Shown here piece after piece: positions 26,389-39,071 of a stretch of 64,000 nucleotides of DNA; the first letter of the stretch is position 1, and each line of letters opens with the position of its first letter. Where the stretch lies: contig OX597824.1 in NCBI GenBank assembly GCA_951406725.2, positions 75,144,001 to 75,208,000 of the forward strand, written 5' to 3'. The position numbers were made by a program, and so were the translations under genes. Source of the DNA: Octopus vulgaris (taxonomy: Eukaryota). Under the pieces are notes generated by a model, which saw only the letters and a list, made by a program, of their open reading frames with translations, was not told the DNA's origin and searched no databases.

Positions 26389-27482
26389 AGGTTGTCTGGA
26401 AAGTTCTGAGCATTATTTAATATGCAAAAAGGGATATAAATATTGACCTTTTAATAAATTTTATTCAATGAAATAATTTCTATTATTATTAATGACCTTT
26501 GCCCATCTATCAGGCAATTTAAATATTCTATCAGCATAAATTTCGACTGGTTTTGAAGGAAAAAAGTTATGTAGATGCATTTTGATTCCATTTAAATTGT
26601 TAAATGTTATTCCTTGCAATGAGTCCTGTAGAGACAAAAACAAGTGGTAGTCGGATGGAGCAATATCAGAAGAATATGGTGGATGGGGTAAGGGATCCCA
26701 GCCAAGTTTATGTAACTTTGTTCAGGTAGCCAAAGACACATGTGTTCAGGCAAAGCCTAGTTGGAACATTACTCCTTTCCTGTTGGCAATTGACAGCTTC
26801 AATTCTTTGATTTTTTTGGTTCAAATTAGCCAGCTGACAACAGTACACATCAGAAATAATGATCTGGTTTTGTGGGAGAAGCTCATAAATGCCTTTATGA
26901 TCCCACCAAGCACAAAGCATGGCCTTTTCAGCATGGGTATTTGTCTTTGGTTGCTTTTTTTGGGGATCCTTATGCAAACACCAGGATCTTTTTTGCACTA
27001 CATTTTCGTAGGCAATCCATTTTTCGTCTCCAGTCACAAGTTGTTTCAAAAGAGGTCTGCTTTCATTCCATCTCAAAAGCATATCACAAACAGAATACGA
27101 GTCTCAGCAATTCTTTCTGAGAGTTTGTGAGGGACCCATAGATTATAGCGAGAAATGTATCCTAGCTTCATTAGGTGTTCATGAGCTGTACTTTTAGAAA
27201 GTTCTAACTCTACAAGTTCTCTAGTCATGATATTTGAGTTTTCTTCAGTTTTTGCCTTCGGAACAACTTCATCCAGTTTTGAAGATCTACCACTGTGACT
27301 GCCATCTTCCAAGCTAAACTTTCTAGCTTTAAAATTTCCAAATCACCTTTGAACAGTTGATTTACTTACAGTATCATCACCAAAAACTTTAGAAATGTTT
27401 TCGGAAGTCTTTGCAGCATTTTTTCCTTATTTAAAAAAGAAAAGCATTACAATGCGAATATGAAATTTTTGGTTATCCATTT
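26389..27482 (-). mobile_element. Mariner transposase pseudogene
   Basis: MDNQKFHIRIVMLF start; WVPHKL; LVTGDEKWIAYEN; PYSSDIAPSDYHLFLSLQ; KLPDRWAKVI; frameshifts. Confidence 0.92.
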
Positions 27483-27489
27483 CAAATGG

Positions 27490-27943
27490 CCTGATTTCTC
27501 CGGTTGAAAGGGTGTCAGGTGCTGACATTCATCGGAGGCTTTTTTGCACAATACAGAGACAGTGCACTACTGTGTAGAAGTGTGTATGAGTGGATTGAGA
27601 AGTTTAAAAGTGGCTGGACGAGTGTGACACATGAAGAGAGAGCAGGACACCTGTCAACCTCCACCACTGATGAGAAGATTCAGCAAGCTCAAGAGATGGT
27701 AATGGTAAACTGGTTTACCATTACCATCTCTCAGATCACTGCTCTTTGTTCTTTGGTGCACATTGCTAGTGGAGCGGCCATGTTTACACTGTAAAGCCAG
27801 AAAGAAAACAAGCATGATCAGGCCCAAACTTCGATCACGTGACCACAATAGTACCAACTATAAGCACGCATGTGCAGAAGACAGAGTGACAATAATAAAG
27901 ATATGCTATGGTGAAAATGCATATAATTTTTGACTTCCCCTTA
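27490..27943. mobile_element. Second mariner-type 5' fragment, internally inverted
   Basis: Minus strand has a TIR at ~27943 and MAAPLAMCTKEQRAVI from 27781; plus strand has the continuation SGADIHRRL..VYEWIEKFKSGWTSV. Confidence 0.75.
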
Positions 27944-28007
27944 TATATATATATATAAATTAGAAAAAACTATCAATTATTGAATTGATAAAAGGTGTTT
28001 TTTTCTA

Positions 28008-28041
<34 letters not shown>

Positions 28042-28050
<9 letters not shown>

Positions 28051-28075
28051 AGAAATACTAAATCAAATTTCACAA

Positions 28076-28123
<48 letters not shown>

Positions 28124-28157
28124 TTGTGAAATTTGATTTAGTATTTCTAAATTGAAT
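28042..28157. repeat. Perfect foldback around (TA)n
   Basis: ATTCAATTTAGAAATACTAAATCAAATTTCACAAAATATTA and its reverse complement flank (TA)n. Confidence 0.85.
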
Positions 28158-28274
28158 TTTTTCCTGTAAGTTTGTAATAATATTCCTTCATATTATTATA
28201 TATATATAGAGAGAGAAAGATACATACATTACATATCATCTTCGTTTAACGTCCGCTTTCCATGCTAGCATGGG

Positions 28275-28310
<36 letters not shown>

Positions 28311-29026
28311 ATATATATATACATACATGTATATATATAGTTGAAATTTACAGAAAATCAAAAGACATAGACAGGTGCATGAACAACAAGCAGGTGTATT
28401 AGTTTGACGCTTGGGAAAGTGAGAATATCTTTTATGTTTGAAGCCTACACTCTTCAACAACAGAAAGGAATATGAGGAAATAAACAGAGAGAGAATATAT
28501 ATATGTATATATATATATATTAAGTAAGGGTTAAGAGAAAAATAAAATACCTGCGACACATTGTATAATGTATTCCTAGATATACTACATCTTAAAAAAA
28601 AAAGAAAAGAGAAAAGGTAAAAAGATGAAATAAGCATTGCTGAATCACTACCGAGCATATGTCTGTCTATTCGACTCCATTTGACTTAGGGCTAAACAAA
28701 AGCTTCAACAGCTTCTGTGACTGTGTAAGATTCGTGATGCAGTTCTCTCCTAGCTTTCAAGTTAACAACATTAAATAAATACAAAAGACTTAATGGAAAG
28801 TCGGAAAGTTAATCTTTAAAAGGTTTTATATGGTGATGGGCATTGTGGTGAAATGTTGGTGATGTCAATGTCTGTCTGTGGCAAACGTGTGAGAAGTTGT
28901 TGACTAATAAGTGGGGAAAGTAACACAGTTCCTAAGTACATGTCAATAGTAAATGCATTAGCCAAACATAGATCTGACTTATCAGAAGTATTAGAAACAT
29001 GCATGCACAAATATAAATGTCTGTGT

Positions 29027-29078
<52 letters not shown>

Positions 29079-29083
29079 GTATG

Positions 29084-29121
<38 letters not shown>

Positions 29122-29419
29122 CATATATACATACATTCATATACACATATAAATAAGGTGTCTATATATATATCTGTATATATACATACATATAGACACA
29201 CACATTTATGTATGTATGTATGTATGTATGTATGTATGTATATATATATATATACATACATATATATATGCACACACATTTATGTGTATATATATGTATG
29301 TATGTAAGTATGTATGTATGTATGTATATATATATATATATAAATGCTAGTTCTAAACTTTCTCTCTCTGTATATATACTCTTTTACTTGTTTCAGTTAT
29401 GTGGCTGCAGTCTTACTTG

Positions 29420-29960
29420 ACCATCACCATGGTCTTTCTGACTTCCTCAGTTTGGGGTGTTTCACGTCACCACTCCTGTATGCGCCTTTGTCCCAGCTGT
29501 TGGCCCATTTGGTGTATAAGGAAGTCCGATTCTGCTTCCCTTGCCTGTACTTCATGCTGGGCCGTTGGTTCATCTGGCATTGTGGAGAGGAGGATGTCTA
29601 GTTCCTTTTTGAAGACATACTTTCACCTTATGCAGATTTCTTAATTTTTGTGACAAGACCTTGAAAAACTGTGGGCCTTTGCACCCTAGGCTATTGCAAT
29701 ATCTGGTCCTAAATTTATATGGAGTGGATGGTAAATTTTGTACAATACAATGGCATCCAGTTCTGGCATTTGTATAACACTCGATGCTTAAATTAGGTCC
29801 TAGCCCTTCTAGAGTTTTCCACATGTGGATTATTACATATATGTCATGTCTTTGCTCCAGGGAGTAAAGTTACAGTTTTTTCAGCCTCTCCCTGTAGCTC
29901 ATCCTCAGCACTGTTTCAATCTTTTTAGTGTAGTGGTGTTGGACAGCTTCAAGCTCTGCT
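29420..29960 (-). mobile_element. CR1/Jockey-group LINE 3' end, degenerate
   Basis: YSLEQRHDIY..MWKTLEGLGPNL..NSLGCKGPQFFKVLSQKLRNL. Confidence 0.7.
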
Positions 29961-30038
29961 GTACGTACATATGTATGTATGTATGTATGCATGTATGATG
30001 TATGTATGTATGTTTGGATGTATGCATGTATGTGTAGA

Positions 30039-30280
30039 GGCATATGGCTTAATCGTTAGGGTGTCAGCATCATGATCGTAAGATTGTGGTTTCGATTCCT
30101 GGACCGGGCGACACATTGTGTTCTTGAGCAAAACACTTCATTTCACATTGCTCAAGTCCACTCAGCTGGCAAAAATGAGGAACGCTGCGATGGATTGGCA
30201 TCCCATCCAGCTGGGGAACACATATGCCATTGAAACTGGGCCCATGCGCCTGGCTAGGCTTTGAAAGGGTGCATTTATTT
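30039..30280 (+). mobile_element. SINE family C variant
   Basis: tRNA-like head; homologous to 12415-12665. Confidence 0.8.
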
Positions 30281-30434
30281 ATTATTTTATGTATGTATGC
30301 ATGCATGTATGTAAACATTGTGTAGTGGCTTGGGCAAGTGTCTTCTCCTGTAGCCCTAAGTGGATTTGATGGGCAAAAGCTGAAACAAAAAATGGCTATT
30401 GTGTGTGTGCATGCATGTGCAGGGGGTGTGTGTG

Positions 30435-31620
30435 TCATCATCATTGTTTAATGTCTGTTTTCCATGTTGGCATGGGTTGAACAGTTTGACAGGAGCTGGC
30501 AAGCAAGAAAGCCACATCAGGTGTCAGTTGTCTGTTTTGGCATAGCTTCCATGACTGGAAGCCCTTCCTAACATCAACCACATTACAGAGTGTACTGGAA
30601 GCTTTTTATGTGGCACCAGCATAAGTGCTTTATATGTGACACTGACACAGGTGCATTTTATGGATCATGGGCATAAATGCATTTCATGCAGCACTGGAAT
30701 GGGTGTTTTTTTTTACCTGGTACCAGAACAGGTGCTTCCTATGTGGCACCAGTACCAGTGCAGGTGCTTTTTACATGGCATTAGTATGGGTGCTTTTAAA
30801 GGCGGCGAGCTGGCAGAAACGTTAGCACGCCAGGCGAAATGCTTAGCGGTATTTTGTCTGCCGCTATGTTCCGAGTTCAAATTCTGCCGAGGTCGACTTT
30901 GCCTTTCATCCTTTTAGGGGTCGATTAAATAAGTACCAGTTATGCACTGGGGTCGATATAATCGACTTAATCCATTTGTCCCCTCTGTGTTTAGTAAAGA
31001 AATAAATATGGGTGCTTTTAGGTAGCATCAGCACCCATGAGCCCACAGAATGAGGACCTCTCAGTTGACAGAGGGACATGTCTATATGAATAGATGGCCA
31101 TGATTTTACTTAGCTTAATGTGTCTTCTCAAGCACAGCAAATTACCTGGAGTCTTGATCCTTTGTCATCTTCTCAGTGAGGCCAAGCATCTGAAGATCCT
31201 TCCTTACCACTTCATCTCACGTCTTCCTAGGACTACTCATTCTTTATGTTCCCTCCACAAATAAAGATCAGCATTTCTTTACATAGGTGCCCTCATCCAT
31301 ACACATCATATGACACATACAAGTGCAGTCATCTCTCTTGTATACCACATCTGATGACTCTTGTTCCCAATTTTTCTCTTAAATCATTTACATTCTGTCA
31401 TACATGCACAGTAACATTACCCATCTAGCAGAACAAGCTGGCTTCATTTCTTTCAAACTTTGCCCAGCCTGTTCTTATTCTAGCAAATATGATATCAGAG
31501 CTCCGTCCTTCACTGCTAATTTGGCCACCTAAGTAATGGAAATGATCTACTACTCCTGAAGATCTCCCCAGGTATTTGAGTGAGTCTATTTTCAGCACAT
31601 TCCTAGTGTGGTCTGCAGGA
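30435..31620 (-). mobile_element. Degenerate RTE LINE 3' region with tail, interrupted by SINE A (30801-31005, +)
   Basis: VVDHFHYLGGQIS remnant near 31510-31555; SINE TSD TATGGGTGCTTTTA. Confidence 0.7.
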
Positions 31621-31834
31621 AATATTTATCATTTTGAGTTCATTAGACCACAGTTGCTCCAGGATATCATCTGCAGATGTGTGTGTGAAGGTACGAATTA
31701 TATTATGCAATAGAAATTTACACTAGGTCAAGGTGTCACCAACTGACCAGGGTACCCCAAAATTCAAGTCATGTAGTAAGCAGAAATGACAACAGGACTT
31801 TTGCTTGCTTTATAGGATGTAACACTGACTATGG

Positions 31835-33050
31835 CAGTGGTTCTCAACTCAGGTTCATATGACCCTTGAGGGCCCAAGTAAGATTTTTTTTGTAAATGTT
31901 TAGGTACAATAAATTGCACTAAACAGAACAGGAGGAGACATGTGGGACTAAGCAGAACTGGAGACACATGGGATGGAGGGTAGCTGAAGAGGTTACAGGA
32001 TATGTAATGAAAAATTTCAGACAAAGGACATTAACACTTTTCCTACCGTATATATTTTGAGATGCTCTGGAACAACATATAAAAGTATGTTTATGATAAA
32101 CTAGCAGTATCACCCAGTGTTGCTTGGGTTTGTTTTGACCCTTTAGAATTGGAATTTTTGAAAAGTAAAAATTTTGCATTATGTAGCTTGTGAACATTTT
32201 TCTGGTTGAAATACACAGAAAAATGGCGACACAGCAGTCAAAAAATCGTAAAAAATAGGGATTCATAGAAAAAAAGCACCTTTTTGATGTAAATAATTTT
32301 TGTTGTTAACATGGTCTGATTTGAATTTTTTCTTCTACGGAAGGAAGAGCAAGCCTTCTTCTATCATACTCTCAATTTTGGTCAACTTGCGTCGCAGAGT
32401 CTTGGAGGAGATAGTGTTAGTTGAAGGCTACCAAACCTGCCATACACAGACAACTTCAGCTTTATATAGAGAGAGATAAGCACATGTTTATCAAACCAGA
32501 ATGTACAGTTTAAAACCTTTGAACCAGCAAATACACTTTAATGAATACAATATTGTTTGACTACACAACTGCGAGACGCAAAAGCAGGCAGTCACATGGT
32601 TCTGTGTTCACAGCTTGCTAATTGGCAGAAGCATAATTATGTTCAGCTGTAAACACAAAAGCACGTGGTCACCCATTTTTTTTGCATATTCCATGGGTAT
32701 AGTCAAATGAAATCGGCTCTATTAAAGTATACAAATAGGCTCAAAAAGTAAGCTTCTAAATTGCATCTCCATCCATACCTACCTGACACTGAATGTTTTT
32801 CTCTGTTTTCTTCTTAATGTTCTGAAATCATTGTAGCAACAACAATAACTAAAGCTAGCAAATGCCTTAGCCAACTTTGGAATTTATAAGTTGTGTAAAA
32901 AATGCACATTTCTACATAATGGAAAATGATCCCCATCCTCATCATGTTCTTGGTGACAATTCCATTCCATTTGCATTCAAAGTTGAGCTGCATTTTCGCA
33001 AAAGTCATTAATTATTTCCAATTACCATCATGTGTTGTTCTGTATTGGTA
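31835..33050 (-). mobile_element. Possible hAT transposon relic
   Basis: Charlie-type terminus CAGTGGTTCTCAAC at 31835; weak dimerisation-domain-like remnant IPKLAK..LLALVIVVATMISE at ~32820-32885. Confidence 0.35.
32100..32476 (-). mobile_element. Non-autonomous Helitron
   Basis: Same family as 11940-12334. Confidence 0.85.
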
Positions 33051-33057
33051 AATTTAT

Positions 33058-33780
33058 ATCATCATCATCATCGTTTAACGTCCGTTTTCTGTGCTAGCAC
33101 GGGTTGGACGATTCGATCGGGGTCTGGGAAGCCAGGAGGCTGCACCAGGCTCCAGTCTGATCTGGCAGTGTTTCTACAGCTGGATGCCCTTCCTAATGCC
33201 AACTACTCCGTGAGTGTAGTGGGTGCTTTTTATGTGCCACCGGCCACAATCGGTTAGTGCTTTTTACGTACCACCGGCACAGAAGCCAGTCAAGGCGGCG
33301 CTGGCATCGGCCACATTCGGATGGTGATTTTTACGTGGCACCCACACAGGTGCCAGGGGAGGCTGGCAGTGTCCACGATTGGTTGGTGCTTTTTACGTGC
33401 CACCGGCACAGAAGCCAGTCAAGGTGGCGCTGGCATCGGCCACATTCGGATGGTGCTTTTTACGTGCCAGGGGAGGCTGGCAGTGTCCACGATTGGTTGG
33501 TGCTTTTTACGTGCCACCGGCACAGAAGCCAGTCAAGGTGGCGCTGGCATCGGCCACGTTCGGATGGTGCTTTTTACGTGCCAGGGGAGGCTGGCAGCAG
33601 CCACAATCATTGGTGCTTTTTACAAGCCACCGGCACAGAAGCCAGTCAAGGCGGCGCTGGCATTGGCCACGTTCGGATGATGCTTTTTATGTGCCACCGG
33701 CACAGGCATCACAACTACAAATTCCATTTGATATTTATTTTGATGTTGATGTACTTGACTGAATAGGTCTCCTCAAGCAC
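33058..33780 (-). mobile_element. Family D element with internal tandem repeats (~120-bp unit)
   Basis: GGTGCTTTTTACGTGCCACCGGCACAGAAGCCAGTCAAGG occurs four times. Confidence 0.8.
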
Positions 33781-33854
33781 CTAAGAATCAAATGGTGTCA
33801 TGGTCTTAATTTGTTAGGGCTGTGTTTGGATTGCAAATGTAAGTATAGATTTAA

Positions 33855-34016
33855 TTCACACTATTCAGAATTAATCATGCATTATCTCACGGTTTCGGCA
33901 CTTCAAAGATGTGATTGTATATTTTTAGAATGACATTGTAGGGTAGTCAGATCTAGCCAGTTTGAACATAAAACATAATATTTGAGCTGGATGTGGCCAG
34001 TTTAAATACTAAAGGG
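33855..34016 (-). mobile_element. piggyBac-type MITE
   Basis: Ends AAAGGG-TTAA; reverse-complement homologue of 55863-56083. Confidence 0.7.
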
Positions 34017-34132
34017 TTAAACCTATCAAATTGTTCACTGGTGTCAGTCACAGAATATGTCATCCCAGTACCTGGTGTAAATTTTGTATTTGTGTTATCA
34101 TTACATTTTGTAGCACTATATAACCCTATGTT

Positions 34133-34420
34133 GAGGTGCAATGGCCCAGTGATTAGGGCAGCGGACGTATGGTCGGAGGATCGCGGTTTCGATTCCTGGA
34201 TTGGGAGTTGTGTGTGTTTATTGAGCGAAAACACCTAAAGCTCTACGAGGCTCTGGCAGGGGGTGGCGGCAACCCCTGTTGTACTCTTTCGCCCCAACTT
34301 TCTTCCTGTTTCTTGAGTAACGCTGCGATGGACTGGTATCCCGGCCAGCTGGAGGGAACACATATACCACAGCAACTGGGAAACCGGACCCATGAGCCTG
34401 GCTAGGCTTGAAAAGGGCAC
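34133..34420 (+). mobile_element. SINE family C
   Basis: Homologous to 10615-10925. Confidence 0.8.
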
Positions 34421-34479
34421 ATAAATAAAGTAATATAACCCTAGAAGCTGTATCACAAGGTAACGTTACTGTCTCAGGC

Positions 34480-34885
34480 ACTTTGTAACACTACTGTCTG
34501 TGACTATGTAAAACTACATTTAGTGGCACTATGTAACATTACATTCTGTGACACTATTTATCACTATATTCTATGGCACTATGTAACATATATTCTGTGG
34601 AACAATGCAACACTATATCCTGCAACAGTATGTAACATTACATTCTGTGGCACTATGTATCATTTTGTGACACTATGTAACACTATATTCTGTGGTACTA
34701 TGTAACATTATACTCTCTTGTACTATTTGATACTATATTCTGTGGAACTCTGTAACACTACTAGCTATAGCTTTATATAACACAACATTCTGTGGCACTG
34801 TGTAACATAATATTCTGTGGACCAATGTAACATTATGTTCTGTGGTACTATGTGACACTATATAACAGTACATTCTGTGGCACTA
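34480..34885. repeat. 25-bp minisatellite
   Basis: Unit ~TGTGGCACTATGTAACAYTAYATTC, about 16 diverged copies. Confidence 0.85.
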
Positions 34886-34899
34886 GATTGCAAGCCACT

Positions 34900-35065
34900 A
34901 AACCTTTTTCTATTTTCTCTCCTTGTTTATTTCTGTGTTCCTTTCTGTTGAAGAGCGTAGGCTCGAAATGTAAAAGACTTTCTCACTTCCTGAGCGTTAA
35001 ACTAATACATCTATTTGTTGTTTATACATCTGTCTTCGTCTTTTGTTATTTTGTAAATTCTCATT
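34900..35065 (+). mobile_element. Penelope-terminal-like dispersed repeat with a minimal hammerhead-like motif (34941-34976)
   Basis: CTTT-CTGTTGAA-GAGC GTAG GCTC-GAAA-TGTA-AAAG; related copies at 28340-28490 (-), 14165-14250 (-) and ~41455-41555. Confidence 0.5.
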
Positions 35066-35544
35066 TCATAGCATTACCTTCTGTAGCACTCAGACTGAGA
35101 GACAATATGCATTATACAAAAAAATTTAGAAATTAACAAAAATAGAAGAGCTTTTGTTGAGGTCAGGAAATTGTGGGCACTAACACCTTGGGTCTTCATC
35201 CATTTAATACGTCAATCATGATTGGTCAGCTGCTTCACTGGGTCATTGTACACTTATGATGATTGGCTGAATATATGAGTTCAACCTCTAAGTTAACGAA
35301 ATTTGAAAAATGAGAAATAATAGAAAGTGGTGTGTTTTTTTCTTATGGATAGTACTTTTTTTTTTTATCAATGATCAGTATTGAATATGTATTATATACT
35401 GTTTATATGGTGGAATATCTGTCATGTTTAAGAAAATGTGGATTCAAATTCTACAGGCAGTCTTCGACTTTTGCCACCCATGGGCTTTTATACCCAATTA
35501 TTTTGCAGTTTTATCTACTTTGAGTTGCACTTTTAAAATCGCTA

Positions 35545-35769
35545 ATGAACCAACTAATGTGCTTCTCCATTTTCTTATTTGTAATATAAATTAATGGTAA
35601 AATATTTCTTTACCTTCACCCATTTAATACAATAAGTAAGTTTATTGCATTGCAATTAAAAACACTCGTGTTTATGTATTAATAATTGGGTATTATACCA
35701 ACAGTATATTGGATAAGTATTATCCCTTAGTGGGTTGGATCCACAACCCCTAACTTACTTGGTGTTATA

Positions 35770-35770
<1 letters not shown>
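35545..35770 (+). repeat. Dispersed ~225-bp repeat ending in (TA)n
   Basis: Second copy at 44775-45000. Confidence 0.8.
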
Positions 35771-35822
<52 letters not shown>

Positions 35823-35894
35823 TACTTTTCCATTAAGGTAAGATCAATAAAAAAATGTATGTATTCCATCTGGTGAGAAATAAATTCTGTTTAA

Positions 35895-36114
35895 TCCTTT
35901 CACTACCAACCTGGCTGAAAGCAGCTCTGGCTTTGAGTACAAATGTCTTGTTTTCATAAGTTTTGAATTAAAATCTTCCACCAAACCTTAGTCACAATTT
36001 ATGTACCTAATACTAGCTGAATGATAACTAAGTTATTTTACTAAATCCTTTGTTATATTTTAAGTAATTGAAAGAAACACAGAGCATCTCAAAATTAATA
36101 CAGTAACGAAAGGG
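35895..36114. mobile_element. piggyBac-type MITE
   Basis: TTAA-TCCTTTC ... GAAAGGG-TTAA. Confidence 0.7.
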
Positions 36115-36449
36115 TTAATGAATATAGTAATATAGTAATGAGCTGCTAATAGTTTCATACATTGAAGAAGTCACCTAGGCAGGTTTTAAAATATGCTTAG
36201 TATCTCCAAGTAATCAGGCTCTTGGGCACATGGCCTATACAAGTTACAAACCAGTACAACAGAACAAGAGAAATCATGAAAAAAAAAACAACATGAAAGT
36301 GGGTTCAAAAAGTGGAACAGTGAAAAGAAAAAAAGAAAACAGAAAGGAAAACAGAAAAATGACTTGGAGTTGTACCCGCTTTAAATGTAGATCCATAAGG
36401 CTAGATAGATAGTGTAGAATCAACAGAAGGGGTCAAAAATCTATAATAC

Positions 36450-36900
36450 AGTTGCTCAATCAAGTGGTGATCTCCAATTTGCCAAAAGAGAACTTGTCCA
36501 TGTGTTTGTATTTACTGAAAATTTCAGATCTGGAATTCAGCAATGTGGTGCACTTCTTTGATTTTAAAATGATATGTTATCTTTCATGCATTTATTTGTC
36601 CACTAGACCAAGGGTGCATGATAAACTCCATCATATATGAGGCAGATATTACAATGATTCTACATGATAACTTAACCGATGAAAAGAATTACATTGCGTT
36701 TGTCCGAAGGCAACTCCAAAAGTCATTAAGCTAACAACTTAGCTTCTTTCTGGTACATGGACAAAAGTAAAATCACTAAGTTGGCTCGCCACATATGAGG
36801 TTTGGGGATCAACTCCACACCTCATACAATTAAGTGACAAATTGTAAAAAAATCCAAACTATATGTTAATGGATCAAAAACAATTTCTGGGGGCTGGCTG
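36450..36900. mobile_element. Penelope-like endonuclease fragments in opposite orientations
   Basis: Plus strand: CPLDQGCMINSIIYEADIT..EKNYI from 36597; minus strand: TLLNSRSEIFSKYKHMDKF at 36490-36550. Confidence 0.7.
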
Positions 36901-36914
36901 AAGCAAGGCCAGTG

Positions 36915-38330
36915 CATGTGTGTGTGTGTTGTGTGTGTGTGTGTGTTGTGTGTGTGGGCATGTGAGTGTGTGTACGTACCAGATGAATATGTGGATGTAT
37001 GTTATTGGTTTTATGAGTGTGTGTGTGCATATGTGTGTATCTTACAGGTTTTATGAGTATGGGCGTGTGCATGTGTGTGTGCACCAGATGAATGAATGCA
37101 TGGATGTATGTTATTGGTTTTATGTGTGTGTGTGCGTGTGTGTGTGTGTGTGTGCATGTGAATATGAGTGTGCTAGTGCCTGCTACACATATGTGAGTTT
37201 GCAAACATATTTAGGATGTACGTATGGGTGTGTGTGTGTGTGAGTGTGTGTATATACACTCTTGCGTTTGTGTGTAAATATATGAGTGCATGTATGTATG
37301 TCTGGAAGAACATATAGGGATGTGAATGTGTGTGCGTGGGTGAGTGTGAGTGTGTTCGTGCACATGTATATATGCTTTTAACATGTGTGCAGGCGTAACA
37401 GATGTGGTGTCTATGTGTGCACCCTCCTGGTGAACTTCAAACCACTGGCTGTTCAGAACCCAGATATCCTACCTAAACATCAGCTGTTCCCCGACCACCA
37501 ATGCCTATGCAGACCACAGACTGACACGTAAACCTCATGCACCCTCTACAAACCACTACTTTCACCTCTGTAAATGTGATATGCACACAAACACAAATAT
37601 CTATGTACACACACGCCTACATATGCATGCATATGCACATTCCTGCCCCTGCACCACCAAACCTCAGTCCAACGCCCATTTTTCCCCTGCCCTACCCCAC
37701 CCCACCCCAGCAAAGCTGTTGCAATCACACTAAGATGCATCTGTCACACCCACACACATAAATATGGAAAACATACACATGATGTCTGTGCATGTGTATA
37801 TGTGTGTGTATATATGTATCATCATCATCATCATTTAACGCCTGTGTGTGAGTGTATACACATATACACACACATACCAGCCAAAAACATGTGCACACAT
37901 TGTCTTTACAGTTATACACAAACTCAAAAATGTACATACACACATGCGTGCACACTCACACATACATGTCTATGTAGGTGTCTCCCCCCTCCCATGCCAC
38001 CTAACCTCAGTCCACCCCACCCACCCACCCACACCCAGCATTGCTCTTGAAACACTAGCATGCATCTGTCACATGTGCACACAGATAACGAAAGTATATG
38101 CACACACACACACAAGCACCCATACACACACTTCCAACCATACACACACACATACACACTCATACGTTTACACAAAAATTCAAGTATGTACATACTTATA
38201 TACATACACCCATACATACAGCCTAAATATGTTTGCACATGCATGTGCATGTAGCAGGCACTAGTGCACACATATTTCCATGCACACACACACACACACA
38301 CCACACCCACTATCATGCACTCATATATTT
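36915..38330. repeat. Degenerate (TG)n/(CA)n low-complexity block with internal inverted and direct repeats
   Basis: 37150-37230 is the approximate reverse complement of 38205-38290. Confidence 0.7.
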
Positions 38331-38693
38331 GAGATCGTCAGGCTCATAATCATGAGTTAGTGTGTTCAATTCCCACACCAGTCTGTATGTTGGGTTCTTG
38401 AGCAAGACTTTTTACTTCATATTGCTCTCATTCACACAGCAGTAGAAATGAGTTGCAACATCACTGGTGCCAAGCTGTATTGGCCTTTGCTTTTTCTTGA
38501 CGCTCTAACCACAGAGCCATGCACCTTCACCGCAGCCCGGTCCAGGATTCAAGCTCACATCCTCACGATCGTAAGCTCAACGCTCTAACCACTGAGCCAT
38601 GCACCTTCACCCTTTTATATATATATATATATGTAGCAAATAAGAAACAAGGATATCCAGGTATTGGTGCATTATGGCTATTTCAGGTGGCTC

Positions 38694-38726
<33 letters not shown>

Positions 38727-38797
38727 CACTATGGAGTCCATGTGGACAGTCATCTAAAAGTTTTTGTTCGTCATGATGCTGACATAAGTTCCTTGTC

Positions 38798-38878
38798 TTT
38801 CCTGATGAGAAGGCGGCATAATGCACCCTTTATTCCTTCGGAATTAGGAATATGCAGTCTTCGAAACATATGTCGAGA
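38798..38878 (+). ncRNA. Type I hammerhead ribozyme with complete catalytic core
   Basis: CTGATGA 38802-38808; stem II GAAGGCGGCATA/TATGCAGTCTTC; GAAA 38863-38866; palindromic stem III ACATATGT; GTC triplet (cut after 38874); stem I TTTC/GAGA; AATAAA at 38878. Confidence 0.75.
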
Positions 38879-39071
38879 ATAAAGGAATTTTGTTAAATCG
38901 TCGTTCAACTCCATTCTTTCATTTATTTATAGTAAAAAAAACACACAAATTTCCACACGAAAGCACGTGATCTCTGCCCTTGGCATGTAGTTTCAACCGT
39001 GTTTTCTGACGTGAAATTACTACCCGGGTATCGGTTAACCGAATTATCCATACTAGGATAATTCATTCAAC

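Noticed and set aside
33257-33766. Three overlapping 119-169 aa ORFs
   Set aside because: They arise from stop-poor tandem repeats in a retroposon tail.
34480-34885. Regular short repeats resembling a CRISPR array (also 49300-49870 and 50600-51500)
   Set aside because: Units are head-to-tail with no unique spacers, there are no cas genes, and the context is eukaryotic.
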